Part shown: positions 18,925 to 29,628 of the stretch, piece by piece
Layout of the letters: each line of letters starts with the position of its first letter
How positions within the stretch are numbered: the first letter of the stretch is position 1
Assembly (NCBI GenBank): GCA_017533795.1
Contig: JAFWIH010000015.1
Location: 46,907-110,906 of the forward strand
Origin: Clostridia bacterium
GTDB lineage: Bacteria; Bacillota; Clostridia; TANB77; CAG-508
Direction of reading: 5' to 3'
Length of the DNA stretch: 64,000 nucleotides
Position numbers and translations under genes: made by a program
The notes under the pieces: model-generated
Databases searched by the model: none
What the model was told of the DNA's origin: nothing
Seen by the model: the letters and a program-made list of their open reading frames with translations, nothing else

Positions 18925-20457
18925 TTATTTTTGCTTTAAACGTAAATGACCTAATTCTTCCCATGAATTATATGCTAAATTTAGTCTGAATAATAATGTA
19001 GGTTTTGCTCCTGCTCTATTTTTATCTACAACGCATGCATAATGTCTAACATCTGAATCTTTAAATTTTTCTATTTCATTATATTTTTCTGCATATTCTT
19101 CTGGAGAGTATTCATACTCACCTAATGTATGTTTATGAATTTGTTTCATAAGACTCAATGTATCTAATACTTCTTTTACTGTTCTGCTTGTTGCTAAATC
19201 ATTTATTGTTAAGTTTACTGGTAAAGTTGAACTTTCTTGTAGTTGTAATGTTGAGCCAATAAATATATCAAATTCTTGTGCTATATTTGAAAGTATTGTT
19301 GCTGTTTTCTTTATTTCCTCACTACTACCTATATGCTCTGTATCTGTTTTTAGTGTATCATAAAATACATATTCTATTCCTTCTTTATAGTAATAGTTGA
19401 GTATAATTTTTCTTAATTCTTCATTTGTATGGTCTGTTATGTGTACAAAGTGAATTGCATTTTCCACTTGGCTATTTACCCAATCCGTAACTGCTATAGT
19501 TTTTCTATATTCTTCAGATATTTTCTCTAATCTTTTTGCAAATTTTTCATTAGTTTCTTTTTCATTTTTTATAACAAATCCATCTTCATCTATGTCTACT
19601 TCTTTTGGATTATCTGGTCTAAATTTGAATTCTAATAGTTCACTTTCGGTTTTTCTTAAATTTTGCTTGTGTAATTTTTGAATTTCTGGATTGTTTATTA
19701 TAGTAGTTATTAAACATAATCTCATTTTTTCTTCTGACATTTCGTTAGAAACAATTAGTACTTTCTTTTTTTGAACAAATGCTACATATGCTGCTAAATT
19801 TACTGTAAATCTACTTTTACCAGCATTTGATGGCATTGCAAAAGACATCGTTTCTCCTCTTCTAAGGCCTTTAAAAACACTATTCATTATTGGAAATGGC
19901 ATTGAAACACCTTCTGTTAATGTGTTGTTTCCATCTATTAAAAACTTTGTAACGCCTTCGTTTAGCACGATTTGACTTAGTCTGTTTGTAACACTTATTT
20001 GTTCTACTGCGTTTTCTACTTCTTCAATGTCCATATCTTCATATAGTTGGTAATTTCTTATTTCTACAATTTTTGCCTGTATATCTTTAGTTGGTGATTC
20101 AATATAGTATTTTCTTAGCAAAAATAATTTTTTTAATTGTAAATATATTTCTTCTATATCATCTTTATTTTGTTCTGCTAAAATTTTTGCCTGTTCTTGT
20201 AATTCATAGGTACTTTGCGTTTCTTTTGGAAAAGAAAAATCTCTTTTTGCTTTTCCTGATGCATAAGCTTCTCCTTCTCTAAACAAAATTACTTTATATA
20301 CATTAGTTAATTCTGGATCAGAGAACAAGCATTCATCATATAAAAAGTAATACATAGATATTGCTTTTGGATTATTTAATAGTTTACCTATATACAAACA
20401 TTCAAGTTTTAAATCTTTTAGTTCTTCTGGATACTCTATCTGAGCTTCAATCTTCAT
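18925..20457 (-). CDS. Divergent DnaB-family (replicative-helicase-like) protein
   Basis: DnaB-like N-terminal region. RecA-like core with Walker A MPSNAGKSRF and SNEMS (compare SLEMS). YDTLK and STLQLQE sit where IDYLQL and SQLSR normally occur. Confidence 0.6.
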   Translation of the reverse strand: MKIEAQIEYPEELKDLKLECLYIGKLLNNPKAISMYYFLYDECLFSDPELTNVYKVILFREGEAYASGKAKRDFSFPKETQSTYELQEQAKILAEQNKDDIEEIYLQLKKLFLLRKYYIESPTKDIQAKIVEIRNYQLYEDMDIEEVENAVEQISVTNRLSQIVLNEGVTKFLIDGNNTLTEGVSMPFPIMNSVFKGLRRGETMSFAMPSNAGKSRFTVNLAAYVAFVQKKKVLIVSNEMSEEKMRLCLITTIINNPEIQKLHKQNLRKTESELLEFKFRPDNPKEVDIDEDGFVIKNEKETNEKFAKRLEKISEEYRKTIAVTDWVNSQVENAIHFVHITDHTNEELRKIILNYYYKEGIEYVFYDTLKTDTEHIGSSEEIKKTATILSNIAQEFDIFIGSTLQLQESSTLPVNLTINDLATSRTVKEVLDTLSLMKQIHKHTLGEYEYSPEEYAEKYNEIEKFKDSDVRHYACVVDKNRAGAKPTLLFRLNLAYNSWEELGHLRLKQK

Positions 20458-20959
20458 TTTTCTCCCCCTTATAATTTATTGCCATTTTTAATGCTTGTTT
20501 TTCTTCTTCCGATAATGTATATGTTGACTCTCCCTTTTCAACTGGCTTTGCATATATATTTGACATTTCTCTTGAATATATTCCATTTAAAATAACTCCG
20601 TTATTATGATGATCTAATAATGCAAGTGCAAAACTTAGATCACTACCAGTATCTCTAAAAGCACTGTATCTGACAATTCCGATTTTTTGAACACAACTAT
20701 ACATATTATTTTCTAAGTCTTTACAATAATTTAATATTGTGTCTGTTTTTTCTTCTACTTTTTCTACTCTATGTATATAACCTTTTAAGTCTTCTTTAAT
20801 GTCTGTTCCCCCAAGCTTTTTTACTAATTCCTTGTTTTCCTTTTTTATTTTCGAAATTCTAATACTGTTTATAACCATACCAATTATTAATAATGCGTTA
20901 ATTACAAGTAATACCATTATAAAATTTTCATTCTGTATTAAATTAGTTACTTCTTGCAT
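20447..20959 (-). CDS. DUF4446-like small membrane protein typical of the parB-downstream position
   Basis: N-terminal TM, then VRYSAFRDTGSDLSFALALLDHHNNGVILNGIYSR. The family is recalled from memory and not searched. Confidence 0.5.
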   Translation of the reverse strand: MQEVTNLIQNENFIMVLLVINALLIIGMVINSIRISKIKKENKELVKKLGGTDIKEDLKGYIHRVEKVEEKTDTILNYCKDLENNMYSCVQKIGIVRYSAFRDTGSDLSFALALLDHHNNGVILNGIYSREMSNIYAKPVEKGESTYTLSEEEKQALKMAINYKGEKNED

Positions 20960-20975
20960 ATATAAACACTTCCCT

Positions 20976-21818
20976 CTATTTTATCAGATTCAAAATTCTT
21001 TCTAAATCATCATTAGAATTATATTCTATAACAATTTTTCCTTTTCTTCTTCCAGCATCTAATTTTACTTTTGTTCCAAAAAATCCTTGGAACGAGTCCT
21101 CTATATCTCTATATATTGCGCTGTATTTTTCATCAATTCCTGGACTTTTCTTTTTTAATTTAGCTTTCTTTTCGGCTTGTCTAACAGATTCTCCTCTTTC
21201 TATCATTCTTATAGCTGTTTCGTATTGTTTTTTAGGATCTGTTATTGACATTAATGCTTTACAATGTCCTTCCGTAAGCTTTCCCTCTTTTGCAAGCTCT
21301 AATACATCTGGGTTTAAGTTTAAGATTCTAACAGTATTGGCTATACTACTTCTACTTCTTCCAAGTTTCTTAGCAACTTGTTCTTGTGTTAAGTTATAAT
21401 CATCCATAAGATTTCTAACAGCCATAGCCTTTTCATATGCATTTAAATCTTCTCTTTGTATGTTTTCTATTAATGCTATTTCTTTATTTTTTCTGTCATC
21501 ATCTTCTCTTATTATTGCTGGTATTTCAGTTACTCCAGCAATTTTAGATGCTCTCCATCTTCTTTCTCCTGCTATAATTGCATAATAATTATCTTTTTTT
21601 GTTACAACTATTGGTTGAATTACTCCATATGTTTTTATAGATTCTGCTAGTCCTTCTAATGCTTCTTGGTCAAAATTCTTTCTTGGTTGTTCTCTATTAG
21701 GTTCTACATCATTTATTTTTAAGCTTTTTAACACATCATTCTCTTGCATTGTTTCTTCTATTTTAACATCTCCAAATAACGCATCTAGTCCTTTTCCTAA
21801 TCCTGTTTTTTTTGCCAT
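20976..21818 (-). CDS. parB: Chromosome partitioning protein ParB/Spo0J
   Basis: ParB N-terminal box IIAGERRWRASK, an HTH region (LTQEQVAKKLGRSRSSIANTVR), and its position after parA. Confidence 0.9.
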   Translation of the reverse strand: MAKKTGLGKGLDALFGDVKIEETMQENDVLKSLKINDVEPNREQPRKNFDQEALEGLAESIKTYGVIQPIVVTKKDNYYAIIAGERRWRASKIAGVTEIPAIIREDDDRKNKEIALIENIQREDLNAYEKAMAVRNLMDDYNLTQEQVAKKLGRSRSSIANTVRILNLNPDVLELAKEGKLTEGHCKALMSITDPKKQYETAIRMIERGESVRQAEKKAKLKKKSPGIDEKYSAIYRDIEDSFQGFFGTKVKLDAGRRKGKIVIEYNSNDDLERILNLIK

Positions 21819-21830
21819 TTTAATTCCTCC

Positions 21831-22619
21831 TTATATCATATGTTTTGCTTGTTTTTCATCATTATTTTTCTTAATTAATTCTTTTGCAAATTTTTCATAA
21901 CTTTTCGCACCTTTAGAGCGTGCATCATATACTGTAATTGGCATTCCATAACTTGGTGCTTCACTTAGTTTTACGTTTCTAGGTATTACTGTTTTATATA
22001 CTTTATCTCCAAAGTATTTTTTTACTTCACTTACAACTTGATTAGAAAGATTTGTTCTAATATCATACATTGTAAGTAGAGCTCCTTCTATTTCTAAATT
22101 TTGATTCAAATGTTTTTTTACTAGGTTTACAGTATTTAACAATTGCCCTAACCCCTCTAATGCATAATATTCACATTGTACAGGAATTAAGACACTATCT
22201 GATGCAGTAAATGCATTTAACGTTATTAATCCCAATGAAGGTGGACAATCAATTATAATATAATCATACTCCTCTTTTACTTCATCTAGTTTTTCTTTAA
22301 GACGTTGTTCTCTGGACATCATAGAAACTAATTCTACTTCTGCACCTGCTAAACTTATATTTGATGGACATACATATAATTTTTTTACAACTGTTCCTAT
22401 TGTTGTTTCTTTTATAGTTGCATCATTTACTAGTACATCATATGTTGAATTTTCTATTTCTCTTTTTGCTCCAAGACCACTTGTTGCATTTCCTTGCGGG
22501 TCTGCATCAACAAGTAATACTTTTTTTCCTTTTTTAGCTAATATAGTGCTTAAATTAATTGCGGTTGTAGTCTTTCCAACTCCGCCTTTCTGATTAGCTA
22601 TTGATATAATTTTTCCCAC
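21831..22619 (-). CDS. parA: Chromosome partitioning ATPase ParA/Soj
   Basis: Deviant Walker A NQKGGVGKTTT. Length and position fit. Confidence 0.9.
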   Translation of the reverse strand: MGKIISIANQKGGVGKTTTAINLSTILAKKGKKVLLVDADPQGNATSGLGAKREIENSTYDVLVNDATIKETTIGTVVKKLYVCPSNISLAGAEVELVSMMSREQRLKEKLDEVKEEYDYIIIDCPPSLGLITLNAFTASDSVLIPVQCEYYALEGLGQLLNTVNLVKKHLNQNLEIEGALLTMYDIRTNLSNQVVSEVKKYFGDKVYKTVIPRNVKLSEAPSYGMPITVYDARSKGAKSYEKFAKELIKKNNDEKQAKHMI

Positions 22620-22709
22620 TTTTATGCCTCCTTAATTGTTTTATTTTTATCAAAAATATTTTATAAAAAGATATATTATTTGTCAATAAATTTTTAAAAT
22701 AAAAAATTC

Positions 22710-22801
22710 CGACCAACGGGGACGATCAACCAAAGGGGACGGGTTCGTTTGACAAAAGCTCTGTCAAACAAACCCGTCCCCTTTGGTTGATCCTTTGGTC
22801 G
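22710..22801 (-). repeat. Long GC-rich imperfect palindrome (31-bp inner stem plus 9-bp outer stem) between rsmG and parA; candidate giant terminator or structured RNA
   Basis: 22724-22754 pairs with 22762-22792 with one mismatch, which becomes G.U on the minus-strand RNA. The outer arms are cgaccaacgg / cctttggtcg. A T-run follows on the minus strand. Confidence 0.7.
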
Positions 22802-22819
22802 AACGTGAAACACGAACTT

Positions 22820-23542
22820 TTATTTTATAGGATTTTTAGCCGGCATTCCGGCTTTTCTTGGATATTGATTTGGTGTATTTTTTATTTTATTTATTATAAT
22901 TATTGACCTTTTTATATCTGTACCCGGTAAGACAAAGCATTCTATCTTTTCTAGCTTTCCTCCAAGTATTTCTATAGCTTTTTCAGCTTCATTTACTTCT
23001 TCTTCTGAGTCTGGACCTTTCATACATATACATTTGCCTCCTACTTTTATGGTAGGTAATAAATATTCTACTAAAACATTTAGCCTTGCTACAGCTCTAG
23101 ATATTGCTATATCATATTTTTCTCTGTATTTGATATTTTTCCCAAATTCTTCTGCCCTACAATGTATCGCTTCTATATTTACTAAATCATTTTTACTTAT
23201 TACTTCATTTAAAAAGTTTATTCTTTTATTTAATGAATCTACTAAAGTCATATTGATGTTCCTGTTTGCAATTTTTATTGGTATCCCAGGAAATCCGGCT
23301 CCTGTTCCAATGTCAACAACTGAATTTGATTCTTCAATATATTTTAGTGCAGTTAAAGAATCTACAAAGTGTTTTGTTATTATTTCTTCTGGGTCCACTA
23401 TAGCTGTTAAATTTATTTTTTCATTCCATTCTATAAGCAACTTCATGTAATCGTAAAAAGCTTCAAGTTGTTTTTCATTTAATTCTATGCTAATATTTTC
23501 TGCTTCTTCTTTTAATTTTCTACTAAATTTAATTTTATCCAT
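22820..23542 (-). CDS. rsmG: 16S rRNA m7G527 methyltransferase RsmG (GidB)
   Basis: SAM motif [14 protein letters not shown]. Position after mnmG. Confidence 0.9.
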   Translation of the reverse strand: MDKIKFSRKLKEEAENISIELNEKQLEAFYDYMKLLIEWNEKINLTAIVDPEEIITKHFVDSLTALKYIEESNSVVDIGTGAGFPGIPIKIANRNINMTLVDSLNKRINFLNEVISKNDLVNIEAIHCRAEEFGKNIKYREKYDIAISRAVARLNVLVEYLLPTIKVGGKCICMKGPDSEEEVNEAEKAIEILGGKLEKIECFVLPGTDIKRSIIIINKIKNTPNQYPRKAGMPAKNPIK

Positions 23543-25415
23543 TTTTATTTCCTTTCATCTGTAAATATACTAGAAGTACTGATATATCTGCTGGTGAAAC
23601 TCCTGATATCCTTGAGGCCTGTCCTACTGAATGTGGTCTTAGCTTACTAAGTTTTTGTCTTCCTTCTAAACTTATACCACTAATCTCATCATAATTAATG
23701 TTTTCTGGAATTAGCTTTTTTTCCATTTTTTTAAACTTCTCCACTTGTTCTTCTTGTAACTTTATATATCCTTCATATTTAATTTGTATTTCAACTTCTT
23801 CTTTTTCTGCTAAATTAAGTTTTGGCCTATCTTTATCAATTTGTTCTAATGCATCATATGTTAGTTCCGTTCTTTTTAATAGTTCTGACATCTTTGAACC
23901 TGTGGATAAAGGAGTAGTATTAAAAGCTTTAAGCAACTCATTTACCTCATTTGTTGGTTTAACAACTGTGTTTTTTAATCTTTCTATTTCTTTCTCAATA
24001 TTTTCTTTTTTAGTTAAAAATCTATTATATCTATCATCTGAAATCAATCCAACATCATGACCTTTTTCTGTAAGTCTTAAGTCTGCATTGTCTTGCCTTA
24101 GTAAAAGTCTATACTCTGCTCTTGATGTCATCATTCTATATGGTTCATTTGTTCCTTTTGTAACAATATCATCAATTAATACGCCTATATATCCCTCTGT
24201 TCTATCTAGTATTAAAGGTTCTTTCTCTTTAATTTCCTGAGCTGCGTTGATTCCAGCAATTAAGCCCTGACAGGCTGCTTCTTCGTATCCTGATGTTCCA
24301 TTTATTTGTCCTGCAAAAAACATTCCTTTAATTGTTTTATGTTCTAATGATAATTTAAGTTCTAAGGGATTTATACAGTCATATTCTATTGCGTAAGCTG
24401 GTCTTGTAAACTCTGCATGTTCTAATCCTGGCATTGTTCTATATAACGCTATTTGTACATCTTCTGGTAGCGATGAACTAATGCCTGCTATATACATTTC
24501 TTCAGTATCTAATCCAACTGGTTCGACAAAGGCCTGATGTCTTGGTTTATCACTAAATCTTACTACTTTATCTTCTATAGATGGGCAATATCTAGGACCT
24601 GTACCACTAATAACGCCAGCATATAAAGGTGACCTATGTATATTATCTCTAATTATCTGATGAGTTTTTTCATTTGTGTATGTTAAATAACAATCAACTT
24701 GTTCAAATTCTTTTGGTTCATCTTCAAAAGAAAATGGTACAATTTTAGCATCACCTTTTTGGACTTCCATCTTAGAAAAATCTATACTTTTTCTGTTTAT
24801 TCTTGCTGGTGTTCCAGTTTTAAATCTAAGTAATTCAATACCTAAATTTTTTAAAACATCTGATAAACTATTTGCAGGAAATACTCCATCAGGTCCACTT
24901 TCTTTTGAAAACTCTCCAATGTATATTTTACTTTTTAAATATGTTCCAGTTGCTACTATTACAGATTTTACATTATATATAGCCCCCACATTTGTTTCAA
25001 TACTATGGACTCTTCCCTCTTCTACTTGTATATTTACTATTTCTGCTTGTTTAATATCCAAATTTTCTTGCTTTTCAATTGTATGTTTCATTTCCATTTG
25101 ATATCTTTTCCTATCAGCTTGAGCTCTTAATGAATGTACAGCTGGTCCTTTTGATGTATTTAGCATCTTTATTTGTATCATAGTTTTATCTATGTTTTTA
25201 CCCATTTCTCCACCTAGTGCATCTATTTCGCGTACTAAGTGTCCTTTGGAGCTACCTCCTATATGTGGATTACATGGCATGTTAGCAACCGCTTCTAGAC
25301 TTATTGAAAAAATAACCGTTTTCATTCCAAGTCTTGCTGCAGCAAGTGCTGCTTCACAACCTGCATGCCCTGCACCTATTACTGCTACATCATATTCTCC
25401 TGCATAATATTTCAT
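23535..25415 (-). CDS. mnmG: tRNA uridine-5-carboxymethylaminomethyl synthesis enzyme MnmG (GidA)
   Basis: FAD-binding N-terminus [15 protein letters not shown]. 626 aa with family-typical sequence throughout. Confidence 0.95.
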   Translation of the reverse strand: MKYYAGEYDVAVIGAGHAGCEAALAAARLGMKTVIFSISLEAVANMPCNPHIGGSSKGHLVREIDALGGEMGKNIDKTMIQIKMLNTSKGPAVHSLRAQADRKRYQMEMKHTIEKQENLDIKQAEIVNIQVEEGRVHSIETNVGAIYNVKSVIVATGTYLKSKIYIGEFSKESGPDGVFPANSLSDVLKNLGIELLRFKTGTPARINRKSIDFSKMEVQKGDAKIVPFSFEDEPKEFEQVDCYLTYTNEKTHQIIRDNIHRSPLYAGVISGTGPRYCPSIEDKVVRFSDKPRHQAFVEPVGLDTEEMYIAGISSSLPEDVQIALYRTMPGLEHAEFTRPAYAIEYDCINPLELKLSLEHKTIKGMFFAGQINGTSGYEEAACQGLIAGINAAQEIKEKEPLILDRTEGYIGVLIDDIVTKGTNEPYRMMTSRAEYRLLLRQDNADLRLTEKGHDVGLISDDRYNRFLTKKENIEKEIERLKNTVVKPTNEVNELLKAFNTTPLSTGSKMSELLKRTELTYDALEQIDKDRPKLNLAEKEEVEIQIKYEGYIKLQEEQVEKFKKMEKKLIPENINYDEISGISLEGRQKLSKLRPHSVGQASRISGVSPADISVLLVYLQMKGNKNG

Positions 25416-25503
25416 GTTTTACACCTCTTTTTTGTTTATTCGTGGAACAAGAATTTTCGTTCTCCTGAACTCATCGTATTATTTTTACTTCTTTGTGCTA
25501 CTT

Positions 25504-26877
25504 TTATTTTCCTAAGCAAAATTTTGAAAATATTTCATTTATTATATCTTCACTTATTGTTTCTCCTGTTATACTTCCCAAGGCCTCTAAAATGTCTTTT
25601 ATGTATATAGCCACTATATCTATTGGCATATGATTTTCTATTGTTGTTTTTGTTTCTTGTATCTTTTGTATTGCTTTATTAATTAAATCTTTATGTCTTA
25701 TATTTGTAATTAAAACTTCATTATCTATATTTATTTCGTTTAAATTAAACATTTCTGATATTTTTTCATATAAATTTTCTATTCCTATATTTTTTATTGC
25801 AGAAATTTCTATTATTTTATCGCTTACGGAACTAAGGGTTTCATTATTTTTTGATATTTTTTTATTTAAGTCAATTTTATTTAAAATAATTATTGATTTT
25901 TTATTTTTAATTATTTTTAATATTTTTTTATCATCATCTGTTAATTCTTTTGAACAGTCAAAAATTGCAATTATTAAATCTGCTTCTTCTGCTATTTTTT
26001 TTGATTTATCTACTCCTATTTTTTCTACTTCATCAGTTGCATCTCTTATTCCAGCAGTATCTATTAACTTTAACGGAATTCCATTTATAGTTATAAATTC
26101 TTCTATGGTATCTCTTGTTGTCCCCTCATATTCTGTAACTATAGCTCTTTCCTCTTTTAATATTGCATTTAATAATGATGATTTTCCAGCGTTTGGTTTT
26201 CCAATTATTGCTGTACGTATTCCCTCTTTTAATATTTTTCCATTTTCAAAACTCTTAACAAGAATATTTAATTCATTTTGAGCATCATCTAGCATGTCTA
26301 AAACTTGTTTATTTTGTACCTCTTCTATGTCATCATATTCTGGATAATCTATTGAAACTTCTATATTTACCATTATGTCAAGTATTTTCTGTTTTATTTT
26401 GTTTATTTTTTTTGACAGTTCTCCTTCTAATTGTTTTATTCCCGCCTTTACTTCTCTTTCTGACTTTGCATTTATAACATCAATAACAGACTCTGCTTGT
26501 GTTAAATCTATTCTTCCATTTAAAAAAGCCCTTTTTGTAAATTCTCCCGGTTCCGCAAGATTTGCTCCATTTTTTAAGCACAATTCCAGTATTCTTTTTA
26601 CTACAATATTTCCCCCATGTGAATTTATTTCACACATATTCTCTGTAGTATAGCTCTTAGGTGCTTTAAAATACGAAACAAGAACTTCATCAACAACCTC
26701 TGTTTCATCAACGATGTGTCCATATTTAATTGAATATCCTTTAATATTATTTATTTCTTCTTTGTTTTTTTGTACAAATATTTTATCTAAAATCTTAAAT
26801 GTATTTTCTCCACTCATACGAATTATTCCAATTCCGCCAATTCCTGGAGCTGTAGAAATAGATGCTATTGTACTCAT
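25504..26877 (-). CDS. mnmE: tRNA modification GTPase MnmE (TrmE)
   Basis: G1 motif GKPNAGKSSLLN, DTAGIR, and the C-terminal CLGK motif. Confidence 0.95.
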   Translation of the reverse strand: MSTIASISTAPGIGGIGIIRMSGENTFKILDKIFVQKNKEEINNIKGYSIKYGHIVDETEVVDEVLVSYFKAPKSYTTENMCEINSHGGNIVVKRILELCLKNGANLAEPGEFTKRAFLNGRIDLTQAESVIDVINAKSEREVKAGIKQLEGELSKKINKIKQKILDIMVNIEVSIDYPEYDDIEEVQNKQVLDMLDDAQNELNILVKSFENGKILKEGIRTAIIGKPNAGKSSLLNAILKEERAIVTEYEGTTRDTIEEFITINGIPLKLIDTAGIRDATDEVEKIGVDKSKKIAEEADLIIAIFDCSKELTDDDKKILKIIKNKKSIIILNKIDLNKKISKNNETLSSVSDKIIEISAIKNIGIENLYEKISEMFNLNEINIDNEVLITNIRHKDLINKAIQKIQETKTTIENHMPIDIVAIYIKDILEALGSITGETISEDIINEIFSKFCLGK

Positions 26878-26890
26878 TATTATTCCTCCT

Positions 26891-26946
26891 AAAAAAAGTC
26901 AAAGGTGGTAATCTAATAAAATTTAGATTAAAATCCGACCTTTGAC
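26891..26946 (-). terminator. Intrinsic terminator after jag
   Basis: Nested inverted repeats gtcaaaggt / acctttgac and taatctaa / ttagatta, with a T-run on the minus strand (plus-strand A7 at 26891-26897). Confidence 0.6.
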
Positions 26947-26960
26947 CTCCGATTTTATTA

Positions 26961-27671
26961 TTATTTATTTAATGAAACTACTATTCTTCTATGAGGTTCC
27001 TCCCCGATGCTATGTGTAGTTATCTTATTATTATCTTGTAATTTTGAATGAATAATTTTTCTTTCATATGCCTGCATAGGCTCTAATGTTACATTTTTCC
27101 TTGTTCTTATGACTCTATTTGCAGTTTTTTCAGCTAAATCTTCTAAAGTTTTCTCCCTTTTATGTTTATAGCCTGCAATATCTAGCATTATTCTAACTCT
27201 GTTTTCTATTCCTTTATTTGCAACTGCTGAAAGTATGTTTTGTGTTGCATATAATGTTTCTCCCCTATATCCTATTAAAAATCCAATATTTTCACCATCT
27301 ATATTTACTTCTACAGAGTCATTATTCTTTTTAACATCATATTTAGCATCACTCGATATATTTTCAATAAATTTTGGAAGAAATATATCTATATTGTTCT
27401 TTGCTTTGTCTATATCATTTTCAGAAACTTTATATTCACGTTTTTCTCTTGTTATTTTTTCTTCTGGTTCCTTTTTATTATTTGTAGCATGTTCCTTTAC
27501 AGTTAATTCAACTTTTACAACTCTAGGAGTTAATATACTAAAAAAACTTCTTTTATCTTCATTTTCTATAACCTTTACATCTACCATGTTCTTAGAAACT
27601 TTAAGTTTTTTTAATCCATTTTCAATTGCTTCATTTGTTGTTTTTCCTTCTGAAATAATACTATTTGCCAT
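26961..27671 (-). CDS. jag: Jag/KhpB RNA-binding protein (Jag_N, KH, R3H layout)
   Basis: Position after yidC. The C-terminal R3H-like stretch is ERKIIHSKLQ. Confidence 0.8.
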   Translation of the reverse strand: MANSIISEGKTTNEAIENGLKKLKVSKNMVDVKVIENEDKRSFFSILTPRVVKVELTVKEHATNNKKEPEEKITREKREYKVSENDIDKAKNNIDIFLPKFIENISSDAKYDVKKNNDSVEVNIDGENIGFLIGYRGETLYATQNILSAVANKGIENRVRIMLDIAGYKHKREKTLEDLAEKTANRVIRTRKNVTLEPMQAYERKIIHSKLQDNNKITTHSIGEEPHRRIVVSLNK

Positions 27672-27673
27672 TT

Positions 27674-28648
27674 TTATTCCTCCTCGTCTTTCACAAGTTT
27701 ATTTAAAACAATCCTTTCTAATATCATTAGTATATTATTTGTTAACCAATATAGAGCTAATCCTAATGGTGCAATTAAAGATATTGAAACTGCCATTATA
27801 GGCATAAGCAATGACATATTCTTAGTTGCTTGTGCCATTGGATCTTCTTCATCCTTTTTCTCAATAAGCTCTTTACTTTGAGTATTCTCCTCTGTTTCTT
27901 CATTACTATTATCTACTATAACTATATTTTCTCCATCAACCTTGTTTTTGTTTTTCTTTGAGCTCATCGATGTTGTTAATTTCATAGATAATACTGAAGA
28001 AAGAACATACAATACAGGAATAATATATACTTTATAATCTCCTGTACTTTGTGTAGGTACTTTGCTCAAATCTATATCTAAAAATTTCATATTTGTGCAA
28101 ATATTATCTAAATTATCACCTATGGCATCCTTTAATTTCTGTTGTGATTCACTAAGTTCCATATTTTCATTTTGTTCCAATTCTTTAATATTATTTGCTT
28201 CACTAATAACAGAAATTTGAGCATATGCTTGGTTTTGAACCATATTTTCCTCTTTTAAAACATTTACGTAATTATTAATTTGTTCCGAGTTTATTTTTTT
28301 CATATACGTTAAAGGTTCTCTAACCATATAAAATACTGAAAATAGTAAAATCATCTGAATTATTGCAAGTAAGCATCCACTAAAAGGGCTCATATTCTCC
28401 CTTTTATATAATGCCATTGTTTCTTGATTAAGTTTTTCCGGGTCATTTTTATATTTAAATTGTATTTGCTTCATCTCATTTTGCAATTTCATACTTTTTT
28501 GCTGAGATTTTTGTTGCTTTATAGATAATGGTATCATTAATAATTTAACTACTAAACTAAATAAAATTATTGCAATTCCATAGTTCCCTATAAAATTGTA
28601 AAAATAGTTAAGCAAATAACCAAATATATTTGATAAAAAAGCTATCAT
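27674..28648 (-). CDS. yidC: Membrane protein insertase YidC
   Basis: Polytopic protein. Conserved YidC core (KQQKSQQKSMKLQNEMKQIQFKYKNDPEKLNQETMALYKRENMSPFSGCL). Syntenic position. Confidence 0.9.
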   Translation of the reverse strand: MIAFLSNIFGYLLNYFYNFIGNYGIAIILFSLVVKLLMIPLSIKQQKSQQKSMKLQNEMKQIQFKYKNDPEKLNQETMALYKRENMSPFSGCLLAIIQMILLFSVFYMVREPLTYMKKINSEQINNYVNVLKEENMVQNQAYAQISVISEANNIKELEQNENMELSESQQKLKDAIGDNLDNICTNMKFLDIDLSKVPTQSTGDYKVYIIPVLYVLSSVLSMKLTTSMSSKKNKNKVDGENIVIVDNSNEETEENTQSKELIEKKDEEDPMAQATKNMSLLMPIMAVSISLIAPLGLALYWLTNNILMILERIVLNKLVKDEEE

Positions 28649-28662
28649 TTAAATCCTCCATA

Positions 28663-28881
28663 TTATTTTAATGGGTCATATCCCCCTTTAGAAAATGGAT
28701 TACACTTAATAATTCGAACTATTCCTAGAAAACAACCTTTTACTACACCATATTTATTTATAGCTTGTTTTGTATATTCTGAACACGTTGGATAGTATTT
28801 ACATCTAATTCCCTTATTTTCCAACCATAAGGATATGTGTTTTTGGTATCCATTAATAATAAATATTAACATTTTTTTCAT
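28663..28881 (-). CDS. yidD: Membrane protein insertion efficiency factor YidD
   Basis: CKYYPTCSEY motif, 72 aa. Confidence 0.9.
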   Translation of the reverse strand: MKKMLIFIINGYQKHISLWLENKGIRCKYYPTCSEYTKQAINKYGVVKGCFLGIVRIIKCNPFSKGGYDPLK

Positions 28882-29240
28882 TAAAATACTTCTTTTTCTA
28901 TGATTTGTGCTTTATCAAAAATTAAAAAAATATCTTTTTTTATGTTGTTATATGTTGCATTTTTTATATTTGCTTTTTTCTTCCATAAAAAAACAATTGA
29001 ATATCCTTTATTAATAGATTTTTCAATGTTTTTATAGTTTTCTCGTATTAATCTTTTAATCATATTTCTTTTAACAGCCTTCCCTATTTTAGTACTTATA
29101 GCTAATCCCAATAAATTATAGTCAAGGTTGTTTTTTATAATAAATGCTTCTATATTTTCACCTGAATAATATTTACCCTTTGATAAAACGTTTTTAAATT
29201 CATAATTTTTTTTCAACATTATTGTTTTATTCATTTTCAT
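28881..29240 (-). CDS. rnpA: RNase P protein component
   Basis: 119 aa and basic, with KAVKRNMIKRLIRE. Lies between rpmH and yidD. Confidence 0.9.
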   Translation of the reverse strand: MKMNKTIMLKKNYEFKNVLSKGKYYSGENIEAFIIKNNLDYNLLGLAISTKIGKAVKRNMIKRLIRENYKNIEKSINKGYSIVFLWKKKANIKNATYNNIKKDIFLIFDKAQIIEKEVF

Positions 29241-29287
29241 TCTTCCTTAAGTACAAAAGGCCATTATATGGCCCCTTTTGTTAAAAC

Positions 29288-29422
29288 TTAAGCACAGATT
29301 TGTTTTCTTCCTTTTGCTCTTCTAGATTTTAAAACCTTTCTTCCTGCTGCAGTTCTCATTCTTTTTATAAATCCGTGTTCTTTTTTTCTTTGTCTATTTT
29401 TTGGTTGATATGTCATTTTCAT
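29288..29422 (-). CDS. rpmH: 50S ribosomal protein L34
   Basis: Not in the ORF track (44 aa). The minus strand translates to [44 protein letters not shown]. Confidence 0.9.
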   Translation of the reverse strand: MKMTYQPKNRQRKKEHGFIKRMRTAAGRKVLKSRRAKGRKQICA

Positions 29423-29628
29423 AATTCGCACCTCCTAATTTACGCGTATAAAGATTATACCTTAATTTGTACATAAAAGTCAAGTAAATTATAAAACTTT
29501 TTCTAAAAATTGCTTAAGGAAGTAAGCATTTGCGAGTTTTTTTGTTTATAAAATTTTTTTTATTAAATTTTTGTTGATTTTTTTAAAAAAATGTTATATA
29601 ACAAAGATTATTGAAAGGATGTTAAGAT

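Noticed and set aside
22799-22819. Possible parS: gtcgaACGTGAAACAcgaac matches one half of TGTTNCACGTGAAACA.
   Set aside because: Only the right half-site matches (about 10 of 16 positions) and the left half is unrelated. No full parS was seen by eye in parB or nearby. A genome-wide pattern search would be needed.
29423-29628. The region upstream of dnaA as a second oriC half (bipartite origin, as in B. subtilis).
   Set aside because: Only weak box-like 9-mers were seen (for example tgtttataa, 7 of 9) and no perfect DnaA box. It may simply be the dnaA promoter region.
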